The notes under the pieces are model-generated. The model ran no database searches, was not told where the DNA came from, and saw nothing but the letters and a program-made list of their open reading frames with translations. From Lingula anatina (lineage: Eukaryota; Animalia; Brachiopoda): 64,000 bases of DNA. The DNA is taken from contig CM120644.1 of NCBI GenBank assembly GCA_051362555.1, forward strand, positions 3,046,954 to 3,110,953. The letters are read 5' to 3'. Shown here piece by piece: positions 1-26,062 of this stretch. A program made the position numbers and the translations under genes. Position 1 is the stretch's first letter. Each line of letters opens with the position of its first letter.

Positions 1-367
1 AATATAAAAAAATAAAGTAAACAATTTTATCTATATGAGATTATCATAAATGTTCCTAAACACATAAGTCACCTCATAACTTCGAGACTGAATTATCCAT
101 TATCTAGCTTATGACTTATGGAACAGATTTTTTCCTTTGGTATTAGCTAATATTAACATGAACAGTCTAACTTAAACCTTCCCATAACATACACAAACTC
201 TGTGCTTCCAGTGGTTTGAGTGCACTGTCCTTATAAACATTGTTCTTTTACACAAGCTACCTCACAAGAAATTAAGTTGAAAAGAAAAATGCACCTTATT
301 TCCAATACTTGTGTAAACTACATAACAAAACCCAATAACTTTCAAAAATATGCACGCACACATGAAT

Positions 368-368
<1 letters not shown>

Positions 369-415
<47 letters not shown>
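369..415. repeat. (CA)n microsatellite
   Basis: Pure CA run. Confidence 0.95.
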
Positions 416-417
<2 letters not shown>

Positions 418-428
418 ATTTGCCTCAC

Positions 429-2831
429 CTGTGAGCCGCACTGAGAACAGACAGCAGTATCCCAGAGACACTACCCTCGTCTACTCCCACTAATAAGTTA
501 TGCTGGAATATAGGAAACCAATAGTTGATATAACTTCAAATTTTCAGAAACAACATTTACTCTTAATACCTAGTTACTTGAAACTGATAACATAAAATAA
601 ATAAATAAATAAATGCTTAAGGAATTCAGTTCCAAAATATTAAAATTTAGCTTATTATCAAAAATAAAATTTAAAATGTTTGACTATGTCTCCCATCCAT
701 GGCAAAAATAATTTAATAACATAATATAATAAAAATAAATGAAAAAAATACAAAATATAAGGCAAAAAAGACTTTAAGTACATGCAGTGAAATAAAAAAA
801 TGAACAGAGCTAACAAGCTTGAACTGAGTGGGAGAAGGTAGGCTGACGAACACTGAAAGCAGTTAGACCCACTCTAATAGATTAATTTGTACATCAGGGT
901 TTGTAGAACAAAAAAGGATGCTAATGCACAGGATACAATTTCCGTAGCAATCTTTTATTCTATTGTCAAGTTTTGATATTGGTGCAATCCATCATTTCTG
1001 TGTAATTAGTCAAAAATAATACAAAAATTCCACTTGATTTTTTTAGCCCACATGCTTGGCTGTCACCTTGTTTGGTTGGTAAATGTAAGATCTGAGCTTG
1101 AAAAAAAATGTTTAAATAAAACATTGATGACAAAACTCTCTACGTTTATGGCAATTTTTATTAATATGTTTTGAATACTTTACCAATTTCATGTGCCTCA
1201 GCAGAATAGTATTCCACAATGATTATGGAGGTCATTCCATGTGGTTTTTAGACTCGCAAATCATGCAAGGTAACAGCTAAGCAAGTGACACAGACAGAGA
1301 ACAGAGAGAGAAAGAGAGGGTGAGAAAGAGAGAGGGTGAGAAAGAGAATACAGAAACATACCATGGTGTACAACAAGTTGATTTTATTCACAACATCGCC
1401 CCAAGCAACAACGACCAAACCACCTGAAACAATCACAGAGACACTTGCTGAAAGCAGACCATGGCCCACATAAATGATCAGCACCTGGCCAGGCTCCGTG
1501 ACGGATAACTGGACGCTTTTTGCCAGAGGTATTTAATTAGGCCCGTTGTGTATGAAGGTCATAAAGCGCTAAGTGGGCTATATGATAGAAGTAGGTCATC
1601 ATGACCTATATTGAAAGCATAGGATGCAATATTTGGAAAAAAAAGGTCAAAAAGCAAAATGTTTCCGAGGATATATGCTGAAAGAATAAAGGATGGCATC
1701 ATGTTTGAGAACTGAAACATGTTTTACAACATGTTTGCATGGTTTGAATTTCAGTAACATGTACAGATATTTGAAAATGTGCAAATGAATACTCACAAAT
1801 TTGTTTTTAATTACAAAGATCAATTATCAGAAGTCTTTATTAGTATACAGATATGGGCACATATAAATATAGCAACATATAAAGCAGGCATGCAGGCAAC
1901 TGATAAAATAAATTATATGAAATAAGAAGTATAATAAAAAACATCAAAAGTTATCCTTTTATCTTTATAACAGCAATTAATGCTTTTGATATCTCTACAC
2001 AAATAAAGAGACCAAACATTACAAACCACTGACAAAACAAAAATGGATGAACTGTAAATAAGCAAATAGATGAAAGTTACAATTTTGTACATAAATTTTA
2101 TACTGTACCAACTCCATGCACACCTACCTAAGCACTGTCTCCAGTCTACAAATACATCCTCGACCAGAAACAGTCTACATACTCTATCACTGGTGTGGTT
2201 CTTAAGTGGTAGTAACTGAGCACTGGAAATACAATAAAAATTATATGATTTTACATTAAATACAATTTACAATGTTAAATACTTACAGCAGTATTTATCT
2301 TCACTTAAAAATATTGTGTGCAAATAATTAATTGTGGGAGACAAAGCAACTGTGCACTTACCACATTACTGGGAGTGTGTAATTTTGTTTTTATAAAATG
2401 CATCATCATCAACATTTGGAGCTTTTTAAAGTGAACACTGTTGGACAAGACCTCAGCTTTCTGTTTCAGTGTATTCACATCTTACATTTTGGACTTTTAA
2501 TTTGTTTCTTTTTCTTTTTGTAGTATTCATTATATAGAAAATCAATATGACCTAAAGTTGCCAGGCCCTATGTTTTCTTTTTAATTTAAACATTATTTGT
2601 CATTCAGTAATTTACTGTAAATAATTTGTCTGTTTCAATCACTGAACAGTTTGGTTGGATATACTCAGGAAATATAATGCAAAATGACTATACATTACAA
2701 TACATGTACCATGACTTTACATGTTGGGATTTATTACTCTTGCAACATCAAACTCTACATGAATTGGTACTTATTGATAACTTAATAGCTTGGCTATTGC
2801 GCAAGACTGTAACCTAACTTGAACCTCCACG

Positions 2832-2881
<50 letters not shown>

Positions 2882-4492
2882 GCACTTTCAAAGGGATACT
2901 ATGAAATGCAACATCAAGGGACACTATGAAATGCAACATCAAGTTACTAATACCTTACAAAAACAATGTTATATAATATAATTCTACCAACAAGGACACA
3001 TGCTTTAAATAAAATCATTCCCTCAGTGTCATGCAATACTGCCAAATCATAACTTGGTAGATTAGTATTTATAACAATATTTCAGCCACAAAATTTCTAA
3101 ATTAAAAGCATCCTTCACTGTAGTACTTAGTTGTACATAACTGGCCGATAATTCCTAATTACAACAATCTCAATGTCACAAAAATAGCCAATTTATTATT
3201 ACTGGATCAATAAAGCTCCATTGAGCTGTGCCCTCTTTGTTGACTTTATGCTGGATATACATTAGTGATCAATGTGTTGTACCAAGGATGCACAACAAGT
3301 TACTTGGTTATGACAGGGTTCACCTACAGAATGTGACTGGATGTGTACTGCTCAAAGGGAGGTTTCTTCTCTCTGGCAGTTCAAGATTATAAACTACACT
3401 TAAACCAAATGTATAAATTTCAAATACTGTAATAACAGTAACTCCTCCCCTCCCCTCCTCAAATACATGTAACTCATTGTGACATTTTAGGACCAGAACA
3501 TTTGCTCAAATTACAAGAAGATTCAAGTTAAGCAAAGTACAATGCACATATAATTTTTGCTGATATCACATTAAGGTTCAGAAGCTCTATTTTGTGAAAA
3601 AAAAATACTTCAATGTTCATGATAAGGTATATTTATAAATAAAATATATAATAATGAGATAAATAATAATTTGAGCTATTTGATGATGAATTATGCAATC
3701 TACTGAATATACTACATTGCATCTTATTCAGATGTCTGTTATTAATTTATTTTCACTTACAAAGTTGAGAACTCCAAATACTCTTCACTGCCAAGATGTA
3801 ACTCTTCAATTTTCAGGTAAACTTTGATCAGCTCTTCTATTGTGCAATCTACAGCTGAAATAATGTTTCATATCTTTTAGCACAGAAATAATCTACAAAG
3901 AATAATTCTTCATAAATATTTATTAAAATGTTTGGAAAAGACAATTATAATAACTAGTATAATAAGGGTGTTTGTTTAATGTCTCTTTTTCAACTGATCT
4001 TACTTTTTATCATTAATGACTTTGCTTGTCTACAAATATCTGTGAAAAAATCTTAAATTCATATTGCTAAATAATATTTAAAAAAAAAAAACTTCTAAAA
4101 ACGCAAGTGCATAAGGTGTACATCTCTATGGGAGGGCTGCTCCAGGGGCTAATGAACATAAATATTCAGATACCCGAATAAATGTGAAAGACTCCTAAAT
4201 ACATTTTATACAATGCAGATATACTCAGATAATGCAATGTAAATAACTTGGCAAGATCACATCAATGAGTTTTTACTTTAACAATCAAAGTATTTATACT
4301 GGACTTGATAGCAGATCAAATAAAAGATGCAAATAAAAGTGCAAACGATGACGTATTTTACTTCAGCTATTTTATGAAAATAATGCGGTTTTCCTGCTCA
4401 TTAATCATTGACATTGTCAGATGCTCGAGAAACTCACCATACGTGATATCATTATTATACTTTGGTGTCATGAAGCTGTGTTGTATTCCCAT
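429..4492 (-). CDS. Putative N-myristoylated degenerate EF-hand protein (calcineurin B/CIB/NCS-like fold); 3' part probably lies outside the window
   Basis: Five GT-AG exons with matching phases: 4492-4438, 3854-3761, 2222-2128, 1423-1362, 502-429. They join into one open frame: MGIQHSFMTPKYNNDITYAVDCTIEELIKVYLKIEELHLGSEEYLEFSTFAQLLPLKNHTSDRVCRLFLVEDVFVDWRQCLGGLVVVAWGDVVNKINLLYTMHNLLVGVDEGSVSGILLSVLSAAH. There is an in-frame TAA upstream of the ATG and an MGxxxS N-terminus. Helix spacing resembles calcineurin B/CIB (LPLKNHTSDRVCRLF vs CIB-type LPELKxNPFxxRICRVF). Confidence 0.75.
2834..2879. repeat. poly(A) tract, 46 nt
   Basis: Uninterrupted A run, intronic to the minus-strand gene. Confidence 0.9.
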
Positions 4493-4740
4493 ATTCAGAT
4501 AATGCAGAATCCGTGAATCCCATTTCTCCAAAGTTTGAGTTTAAAATCCAGCTTTCATATCACACACATAAGTGAAGTATCAGATTAATGCTGAAAAAAT
4601 CTCCAATTAGAACCAAAACCGGGTTGCAATATTCTCTTCCCAACTATCTGGTATCTTACATACCCCACACTGATGCATAATGCATTACAAATCCTTAATA
4701 ACATTCAAGTACGGATTGCGAAATATTCACTTCCCAACGA

Positions 4741-4992
4741 TCCGACATCTTGTAAACATTGCTTACACTGCCATCTATTGGGGGGAAATTACCAAGACAA
4801 TCCATCAGCGATATCCATCCGCAATATCACGAATGTCGATGTAAGAATCAGATTATTCGTAAATGAATCACAATCATAATAATATCATCATATCATGTTG
4901 TCTTTTTTTCCAAAGCTTTTAAAATGTAAACGTAACTTGGCTTATCTTGCACGTTCGGTTTACGGTGGCCGCCATCTTGCTGTGAGGGAAGC
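4741..4992. promoter_or_regulatory. Bidirectional promoter region shared by EFTUD2 and the EF-hand-like gene
   Basis: YY1-type GCCGCCATCTTG at 4968-4979 is followed by donor GC|GTGAGT at 4993, the probable end of non-coding EFTUD2 exon 1. A second YY1-like TCCGACATCTTG lies at 4741-4752 and a CTCF-like CCAATAGATGGCAGTG (minus strand) at 4766-4781. Local CpG enrichment. Confidence 0.55.
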
Positions 4993-5359
4993 GTGAGTAC
5001 GATTGTTTCGTTTTATCTCTGCATAGTTTACTCATACCTTCTTCTACCTGCGTGTAGTCTGAATGGTTGAATTTGTCTGAAATAGTTGGATGAATTATTC
5101 CACGTGTTTGTAATAAGAAATATGCTGTCATAATAACGATCGTTTAAAAAACCAACCGGTTCGGCACCGTTTGTCATTGTTTGTAATGTAGTAAATGTTT
5201 GCAGAGTGAATGCGGTTGATTATCCTTCATCAAAATCAAACTGGTTGGCGTGTTGCTAATAGCTGTATAGACAGAACCGGCTTTGTCTCAAGTATTTTGA
5301 ATGAAGTCCACTTTTCGAAATAATCTGCTTGAGTTCGAAATGATAACACTACAGCTGCA

Positions 5360-5438
5360 GATTCAGATTCTTTATTGACAAACACCTTCACATAAAGGTA
5401 CAATCAATTACAATACTACTAACTATAACATAGAACAG

Positions 5439-5522
<84 letters not shown>

Positions 5523-5599
5523 GGAGAGAGAGAGATATTAGTATATATTGTTGATATCAATGACTATACAAATAGATACGTATGTCGCATTTCATAATC
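5360..5599 (-). mobile_element. 5'-truncated LINE 3' end
   Basis: Minus strand ends in AATAAA-GAATCTGAATC, a short tandem tail. Flanked by near-identical ACAGCTGCA (5351-5359) and ATAGCTGCA (5600-5608), a candidate TSD. Contains TA/GA microsatellites. Confidence 0.45.
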
Positions 5600-5806
5600 A
5601 TAGCTGCAATTATGTCAGTGAAATGTCATTAGAAGTAGGAAAACATTGGTTTCCTTCCCAGTGATAGTTCTTTTACTTTGTCTGTATTATCAGATTGAAG
5701 AGTTTCCTAGAACATAAGGCCAGAGACATTTTTTAAATAAATTTATATTTTTCAGGTCATATAATATTTACTCTGTTCCATCTGAGGTTAATCACACAGA
5801 CCCAAG

Positions 5807-19353
<13,547 letters not shown>

Positions 19354-20500
19354 CTTTCCAACCTCTAGGCCAGACAAAATTAATGTGTTGGTTAATAAGC
19401 ACAAATGACCCTGATTTTGAGTACACCACTTTTTTTGGCATCTAGTTCTTTACTAAAATAGAAAAAATATATAAGATATTGATGTGATAGGTGGAGGAAA
19501 TTTACAAGTGACTCCAAGAAATTTGGTTGTTGTTTTTATTGCTATAAAATTGCCCACGCTGTGGATTTGACATTTCCTCTCCGCCCCAAAAAATTTGTTA
19601 AACTCTAAAATAATGACACTATGCTTCTCAAACTTAATGTTTAAAAAACAAAAATAAATTTTGTCTAACGACCCCGCTTACAGAGGCATTGCTTGAAAGA
19701 TGACATATCAGTTTTGTCTGGTCTTGCTGGAGATGGTCAGAAACATAAATGTTTAAATGCTTGAGTCAAGCATGGAGGACATATGTCCATGAAGAGGACA
19801 GTGAACAGTGTGTGGTCTGTTAAACATGAAGGTGAAGTTTGTACACAAAGATATATAACAGCACATAACAAGTCTAATTGCCACCATTTCTTCTCAAACA
19901 GGAATTGGAAACAGGAACTGATGTAATACAGAAAACGTGGAATTTTGATTAAAGAGTGGCAGAGAATATTTTGTATTTTCACTTGTGTATTCCTCATGAA
20001 TAGGGCGACTTATGTAAATGTAGTATTTTTATAAGAAAGCGATACCAAATGCCTTACAGGTGTTTTTATTGCAAAAAAAATAAATGAAGTACGCTTGGAG
20101 TAACGGTGGTACTATACTTCTTGTAAAGTCAATTGTAGAAATATATTTCCGTGTTTTGATGAGTTTATTACCCGTATCAATGATTATGCAATGGCGTGAT
20201 TATAGGAGATGACTATTGTATACTCTCCTCTCGCAGAAAAGAAAGACTTTAATAAAAATACAAATTCAAATAAACTTGAATTCATGTAGTGGAATTTTCA
20301 ACCATTTCACCACTCATATCGTCCATAGCAGGCCAATTATATTTGTAACTGTGTCTTGGTTGGGCTTTGAGGATTGGTGTCTCTTTGGCCCAGTTGACCT
20401 GTGTCTGTCTGGCACGTGGCAGTCGTGGTTTGTAGTCCTGTTTGATGCCCAAGGTTTGTAAACAAAAATAAGTTTGTTTGTTTTCTTGGTAGTCTGTAAT

Positions 20501-22352
20501 TCACGTAATGTCAGAAGGTGGGAAACATTCCGGGCTGTCGTGAAATGCCAGACCTTGCTTACACTGGCTCATCTCGTCTGGAAGGATAACTTGATGACAT
20601 CCGGCACAAATGGCGCCAAACTGGCTGATTTATGAAAGAAAACGAAATAATGATATGCAACAATTAATGAGAGAGAACGCTGTCACTGGTAGATTAAAGG
20701 GAGCAAGAACGGAATTTCAAGTTAAAGGTACACTTCATGGGATTTACCCACAAAGTGGATTTTCCTGGGAAAATGAGCAAGTGTCTCGTACTTGCGAATC
20801 ATTTACCTATCCCCCTCTGCACTTGAATTAGACCCTTGACAGAATGTATAAAGGTTGATTTTATGTGAAAATGACTGGCCAGTCATTATAACAGCGACCA
20901 TTTTCCTATCAGCTCCAATAGAAATATCAACATCTGGTACGCCTGAGAAAAAATATTGAAGGAGTTAAGTCAATTGTTAAGGCGTATGTGAGGCTGTATA
21001 AGAAGCTGAACAAGGCAAAAATAAGCATTTTGGGGATTTTCAAACCCATGGAGTGTACCTTTAATGGGAGCAATAATGTAAAACGACGGAGAGAAAAAAG
21101 AAAAGACGTTGACATGTTAGAAAAGAAGGAGAAGAACGAAAAACTAAACAGTGATTATTTTTCTGGCATGGCATTATTCAGTGGCGTTTATTTGTTTACT
21201 TACTTATTCATTGTTATTCTTTTTTTTATGAAAATGTGCTATATGCATACCCAATAAAGTCACTTTTGCAATACAGTGCCCCGCTGTGCCGAAAGCATAT
21301 GTCGGTCAGAAACTCCCGGCATACAACGCAGCGGAGACATCGTCTGTGGTAATGGAGGCCGCTTACAGCAAGAACCAGTTTTTCCTTTATAGGATTCTGA
21401 CAATATGCGCAGGTGAACATGGCTGAAAGTAAAGGAAAACGTGGAATCATATAGTTACAGATGCTGACCTGAAAAGAACGTTTTTTTCAGCGCGTTGCAA
21501 TTGTATAATGATTATTGCGCTCTTCAGTGACCCCCTCAACATTTCTAATGAACTTGCTAGAAAGGTACCTGTCCAAAGGGCGCGTAGGTCTCTGAAATAG
21601 TTCGGGAAATAAATTAGTAGGACACACGGTTTTGAAGAGTAAAGCACATATATTGTAGAAAAATGCATTGGTTTTAACAGTATGAAAAAAAAAACAGTAC
21701 CTCGAATAGTACATTTACAATACTTTCTTGTACACAACATTGCCGGTGGTAGAAGTGGATCTTTGACGCCAACATGCGATACTGCAACATACTGTATGCT
21801 GAAAGAAAGAGTTATCATTTTTCTGGTTATACCCTCTGTTGATATATCCGATATAATTCCCTGAATACACCTCAGCTCATAACAACAACGGACGGACCCC
21901 CAATCGTGGAGTCACGAGAACAAATGCGGGCTTTCTAAGGTCCTGGCACATAACCTTTTGCATAAAAAACCGGAATAGTTTAGAAAAAAGTGATCAATTT
22001 GACAACAATTTATTGCTGGTCATTATCATTTTGTCTGCGCCGTCAATTATATTTCTTATGTCACGGATTTGACACTTCCACGCCGTATTCAAGTACTTAA
22101 TTGAACGAAGCGAACATGAAAGGGGATATTTAACAGCCCTATGCTTTCAATCAAACGCCATTGCAAACGAATGTCCTTGTTTAATACCGACAGCGGTTAA
22201 ATATGCCCATTCATACGATTTTTGTCATCTAGTTTTCATACAAGCTGGACCTGAAACTGTGAACGTAATGACATTAACTCGGATAGTATAATAATCGGGT
22301 AATGTACTGCGAGTAACTTACTAGTATCATCTGTCTTCGGGGAAGACGGCAT
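20501..22352 (-). CDS. Small LIM-only-type protein, ~108 aa: one full LIM domain plus half of a second
   Basis: Exons 22352-22322, 21422-21251, 20624-20501 (GT-AG, phases 1 and 2 match): MPSSPKTDDTTMFTCAYCQNPIKEKLVLAVSGLHYHRRCLRCVVCREFLTDICFRHSGALYCKSDFIGQFGAICAGCHQVILPDEMSQCKQGLAFHDSPECFPPSDIT*. Canonical CxxC..HxxCxxCxxC..CxxD, with an LMO/Lhx-like linker (DF..FG..CAGC). Confidence 0.8.
20726..21060. mobile_element. Kolobok-like MITE (TTAA TSD) in a LIM-gene intron
   Basis: TTAA|AGGTACACTTCATGGG...CCCATGGAGTGTACCT|TTAA. Related partial copies at ~33290-33535 and ~38025-38230. Confidence 0.8.
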
Positions 22353-22685
22353 TTGTTTTCAGCACTCTCCCCTCTTTCTCTCCCTCCCTCTCTCTCCTTC
22401 CCTCTCTCTCTTGTTAGCAGGCTAACTTCATGCAGTCGTTATCTGATGTTTCGTCCACTGGCTTCTTCTTTCCTTACACACATACCTACTAAAAACGCGA
22501 GTCCACTGCCTAAGTCGAAATATGCCTACCTCCCCTACCCCTGTCTTGAGACGTCATTCAGCGATGCTTGCAACAAGGTGGCATGTAAGACACGTTAGCC
22601 TTATCATATTGTCCCTATTGCGATCAAGGCGTCTTGGGGCAAACAATGACCAGCCAGTCTGATTGTGATCAGTCCGTCTAGGCAT

Positions 22686-22706
22686 ATGACGTCATCATTA
22701 CGTAAT
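22686..22706. promoter_or_regulatory. Adjacent CRE (ATGACGTCAT) and PAR-bZIP/D-box-type (ATTACGTAAT) palindromes
   Basis: Two perfect 10-bp palindromes separated by 1 nt, ~335 bp upstream of the LIM gene ATG. Confidence 0.5.
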
Positions 22707-23310
22707 CACCATTTGGCCTGATAGTCCGCACAACCCGTGGGCTCGTTTTGTTTTTATTTTTGTTGACAATTGTAAAAGTAAGATAGTAGTAAACTGTTGC
22801 TTCTTTTTATTGACCAACTTAAAAAATGAATAACTGAATGGAGAGACTTAAATGCCTAAGTTTTTTTTTTTTGTCTTCTTCGGGGAAGAGTTATAAGACT
22901 TTGACTGTTGATACGTGAGGTAAACATGAAGAAAAGTGAAATGCATCCACAGATCTTAAGCTATGTAAGAAACAATTGTTGCTTATTGTTGTTAGGACAC
23001 ACACACACACACACACATATTGGTTTTTCTGTGTTTAAAAACAATTTGCCACACAATGATTTAAGGGAGATTCCGATGAATTATACTGGAAAACGATTAA
23101 GAAAAGAAATAAAAAATAAATTTGTTTTTATATTATTTAATTTTACTTCTTTTTAACCCCAAGTATCATTTTACGACATTATACCAGGGCCACAGATTGA
23201 TTTTTCTCTAGATATTCACAGGTAAGTCTCTAGTTAAATGATTGGACATTTCTACACTTCGCATCAGAGAAAAGTGCAGATTAAAAACTGCTACCTTGGT
23301 AGAGGCATCA

Positions 23311-23870
23311 TTTTAATGTAATTGAGAAACGTAATAGAGTCACCCGATAACTGCATTAATACCTCATTTTAGAACGTACATGTAAATCAATTAATGCGAT
23401 TTCAAAGAGACAGGTGTTTTCAATTCTGCCGTCAAGTCAATTAGTCACGGCAACCGTAGATCTAAACTGTGACACGTCAACATTTGTTGATGAGAAGTCT
23501 TTTCACCTCTTAGTGTCTGTTATAATATTACGAACATAATGAAAGAATAGAATTGTATAATACAGCTGAATGTTTCACATTATTCACTTTAATACTAATG
23601 CAATATTATTACGAATGCACAACGTACCGAAGCATATTTTATTTTATTTCATTATGACTCCTAGTATCCTTTTAATGTAATTAAGAACCTTACTCGAGTC
23701 ACCCGATAAGTACATCCACATTTTAGAACGTGCATGTAAGTCAATTAATGAGTTCTGAAAGAGACAAGTCAGCCGTCAAGACAAACTTAAATTGTTGTAT
23801 TAAGGTGAGAAGTCGTTTTCTAGTTACCTGCATACAAGCTTGTCTTAGTATCTGGTATAATATGATGCAA
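23311..23870 (+). repeat. Diverged tandem duplication (~360-bp period)
   Basis: TTTAATGTAATT..GAGTCACCCGATAA..CATTTTAGAACGT.CATGTAA.TCAATTAATG..GCCGTCAAG occurs at ~23311 and ~23671. Confidence 0.7.
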
Positions 23871-23959
23871 ATCAGTATTAACCGATTGTTGCATTTGCTG
23901 TGTGATAGTTACACCACGAGACGTCAGCTGTTTGCGACATACAAGCGCTTAATAGCGAA

Positions 23960-24630
23960 CGATATCGGAGATGCAGAGGCGTTTTTAAGTTTATTTAGAA
24001 CTAGAATAACAGACTGTGCACAACAAACTATATTTGCCGATATTAATGTATCACCTAAATGCATCAGTTATAAACTCTACAAAAGCGCTTTAAATCCTGA
24101 ACGATACCTTTCACTGCCTTTGACCTACAAGCAAAGAAAAATACTTTCAAATTTTCGTTGCTCAAGTCATGAGCTCATGATCGACAGAGGCCGTTATACT
24201 AAAATCGACAGAGACCAAAGGTTTTGCCCTCTATGTCTCAGACTAGGCATTCACACAGTAGAAGACGAAATGCATTTTTTTACTTTTATGCCCCTTGTAC
24301 GATGAAATATTTTAGAACTGAATGGACATCCTGCTTTCCAAATAAATATTTGTTTACAACTACATGTATAATGTCTGACGAGAACGAAGAGAGTATTTTC
24401 TCACTGGCTAGATTTTTATTGAACGCCTTTACTCTAAGAAGTGAAATTGTAGATAACAATGTTAACCTTCCAGATATGTAAATGAAATACTTGTATATGT
24501 ATGGTGTATTCATAATTTATTTCTGTATGTAAAGCTTTGATTGTATATGTCTTCTGTGTCTATACAGATTGTAATGTAGTGTTGGCCAGAGGCCTTAAAC
24601 TTCAAAGAATAAATCATCATCATCATCAAT
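23960..24630 (+). mobile_element. Degenerate 3' fragment of a non-LTR retrotransposon (ORF2 C-terminal zinc knuckle plus tail)
   Basis: LSNFRCSSHELMIDRGRYTKIDRDQRFCPLC...VEDEMHFF, a CxxC..EDExHF..C motif frameshifted before the last Cys. Ends in AATAAA(TCA)n at ~24608-24628. Left boundary approximate. Confidence 0.8.
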
Positions 24631-26062
24631 TATATCGAGGAGAGCCGGGATCGAGTGAATTTCTGCAGTTGAAGTAATATTTCAATGCGATGTGAGAAGC
24701 CGATGTCACAAAGAAAAAAAAAAACGAAATAATTTAAGAGACCCGTGAAGAACAAAATAGGTAGATGTAACGTTAAGGGGTTTATTGTACTGCATAGAAT
24801 TAAAGTGATTACTTTGTACTGGTATAGTTATGCGAGTTAATTACCGGTGGTGTGTTTTAATGGGACAGGTGATGTATTCCTGATACAAACTCAACAGATT
24901 TTGTCATTAGTGTGCATTTATTGAATTAAATACTCGTTTCCCGTGGAGAGGTGAGTCTCAAGCCACGTATATACATGCAGAGGTGACCCCTAAACTTTAT
25001 ACATTTTAACTTGCTGTAAAAAAAAACCGATAATGATAAAAATAAAAATATAAATGATTGCTGATCTGCCTGAAGAAATAACAAGATCTGAGATTCCATC
25101 TGATCTTGTTGAGAAGCACTATACATTATAGACACAATTAACCAATATACCTTCCCAGATGTTATTTGCTTATTCATATAGATGATACCCAGCATCATAG
25201 GTCTACATTTTAATTGACTCCACACTACGCTGTGCTGTGCTGTGCTGCCTACTGACAATTTTAGCGTCACCAAATTAACATGTCTGGGTCAGACGCTAAT
25301 GCGTTAATTACTACATTTATTCATGCCTCTCCAGAATACAATTTACTTGAGACAAAAATGGCATCTTCGGTCTATTTGATAGGCACTGCCAGGGTTAAAA
25401 AATATACATGTGCCGAGTCGATTTGGTCTACAGATATGCTCCAAAAAGTCAAGCTTCAATAGTAATTGGCAATGTTTAGTTTGTTGAGACATTCCCTATC
25501 ACCTGGATAATGTAAAAGATACTCCTTGTTAACTATATAATATTATCCCAAGATTATTCACAAATATGGATCTCCATATAAAAAGAAATCTTCCTCTTGT
25601 GTCATATACATGTAGCATATGCATGCCGTTGACAAAACACGGCTTGTTCTTCCTGCATTATATTCTGTCTTTGGCAATGTTACTCAAATCGTCCTCACTC
25701 TGCACGATCAGTCCCTTATTCATTACCCGTAGCAATTTATTGATTCAAAACGCAAGTTTGTAGTGTGTGTGTGTGTGTGTGTGAGTGTTTGTGTGTGTGT
25801 GTGTGTGTGTGTGTGGGCGGGTGGGTGGGTATGTGCCTTTTTCACCCTGAGTTTCAAAGTCTACCTGGAACTATATATCCAATGAATTTTCAACACGATT
25901 TTGCCCCTTCCGAGCCTTTTAGGTAACTGTAAAACCCAGGGCACTTTTATGGTGTACAGCCAAATATGGAAGACGCAGATGCTCTAGATGGAATGATAAC
26001 CGAATGATTTATAACGACATCAAGAAGAAAAAAACTAGGTTTGTACTTTCATATTTTCAGGT

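Noticed and set aside
73-87. Possible 15-nt sixth micro-exon of the EF-hand-like gene (CAG|TCTCGAAGTTATGAG|GTGACT)
   Set aside because: Frame-compatible, but too short and with too weak an acceptor to support without reads.
2834-2879. Poly(A) tail of a SINE or retrocopy
   Set aside because: No recognisable A/B boxes, upstream ORF or TSD.
4696-4749. ATG in AAGATGTCGGA as the start of the minus-strand gene
   Set aside because: The frame closes after 17 codons, and an in-frame stop precedes the MGIQHS ATG. At most a uORF.
23730-24305. 191-aa ORF as a host gene
   Set aside because: Its C-terminal half is a LINE ORF2 remnant and its N-terminal half is duplicated non-coding sequence with a non-ATG start.
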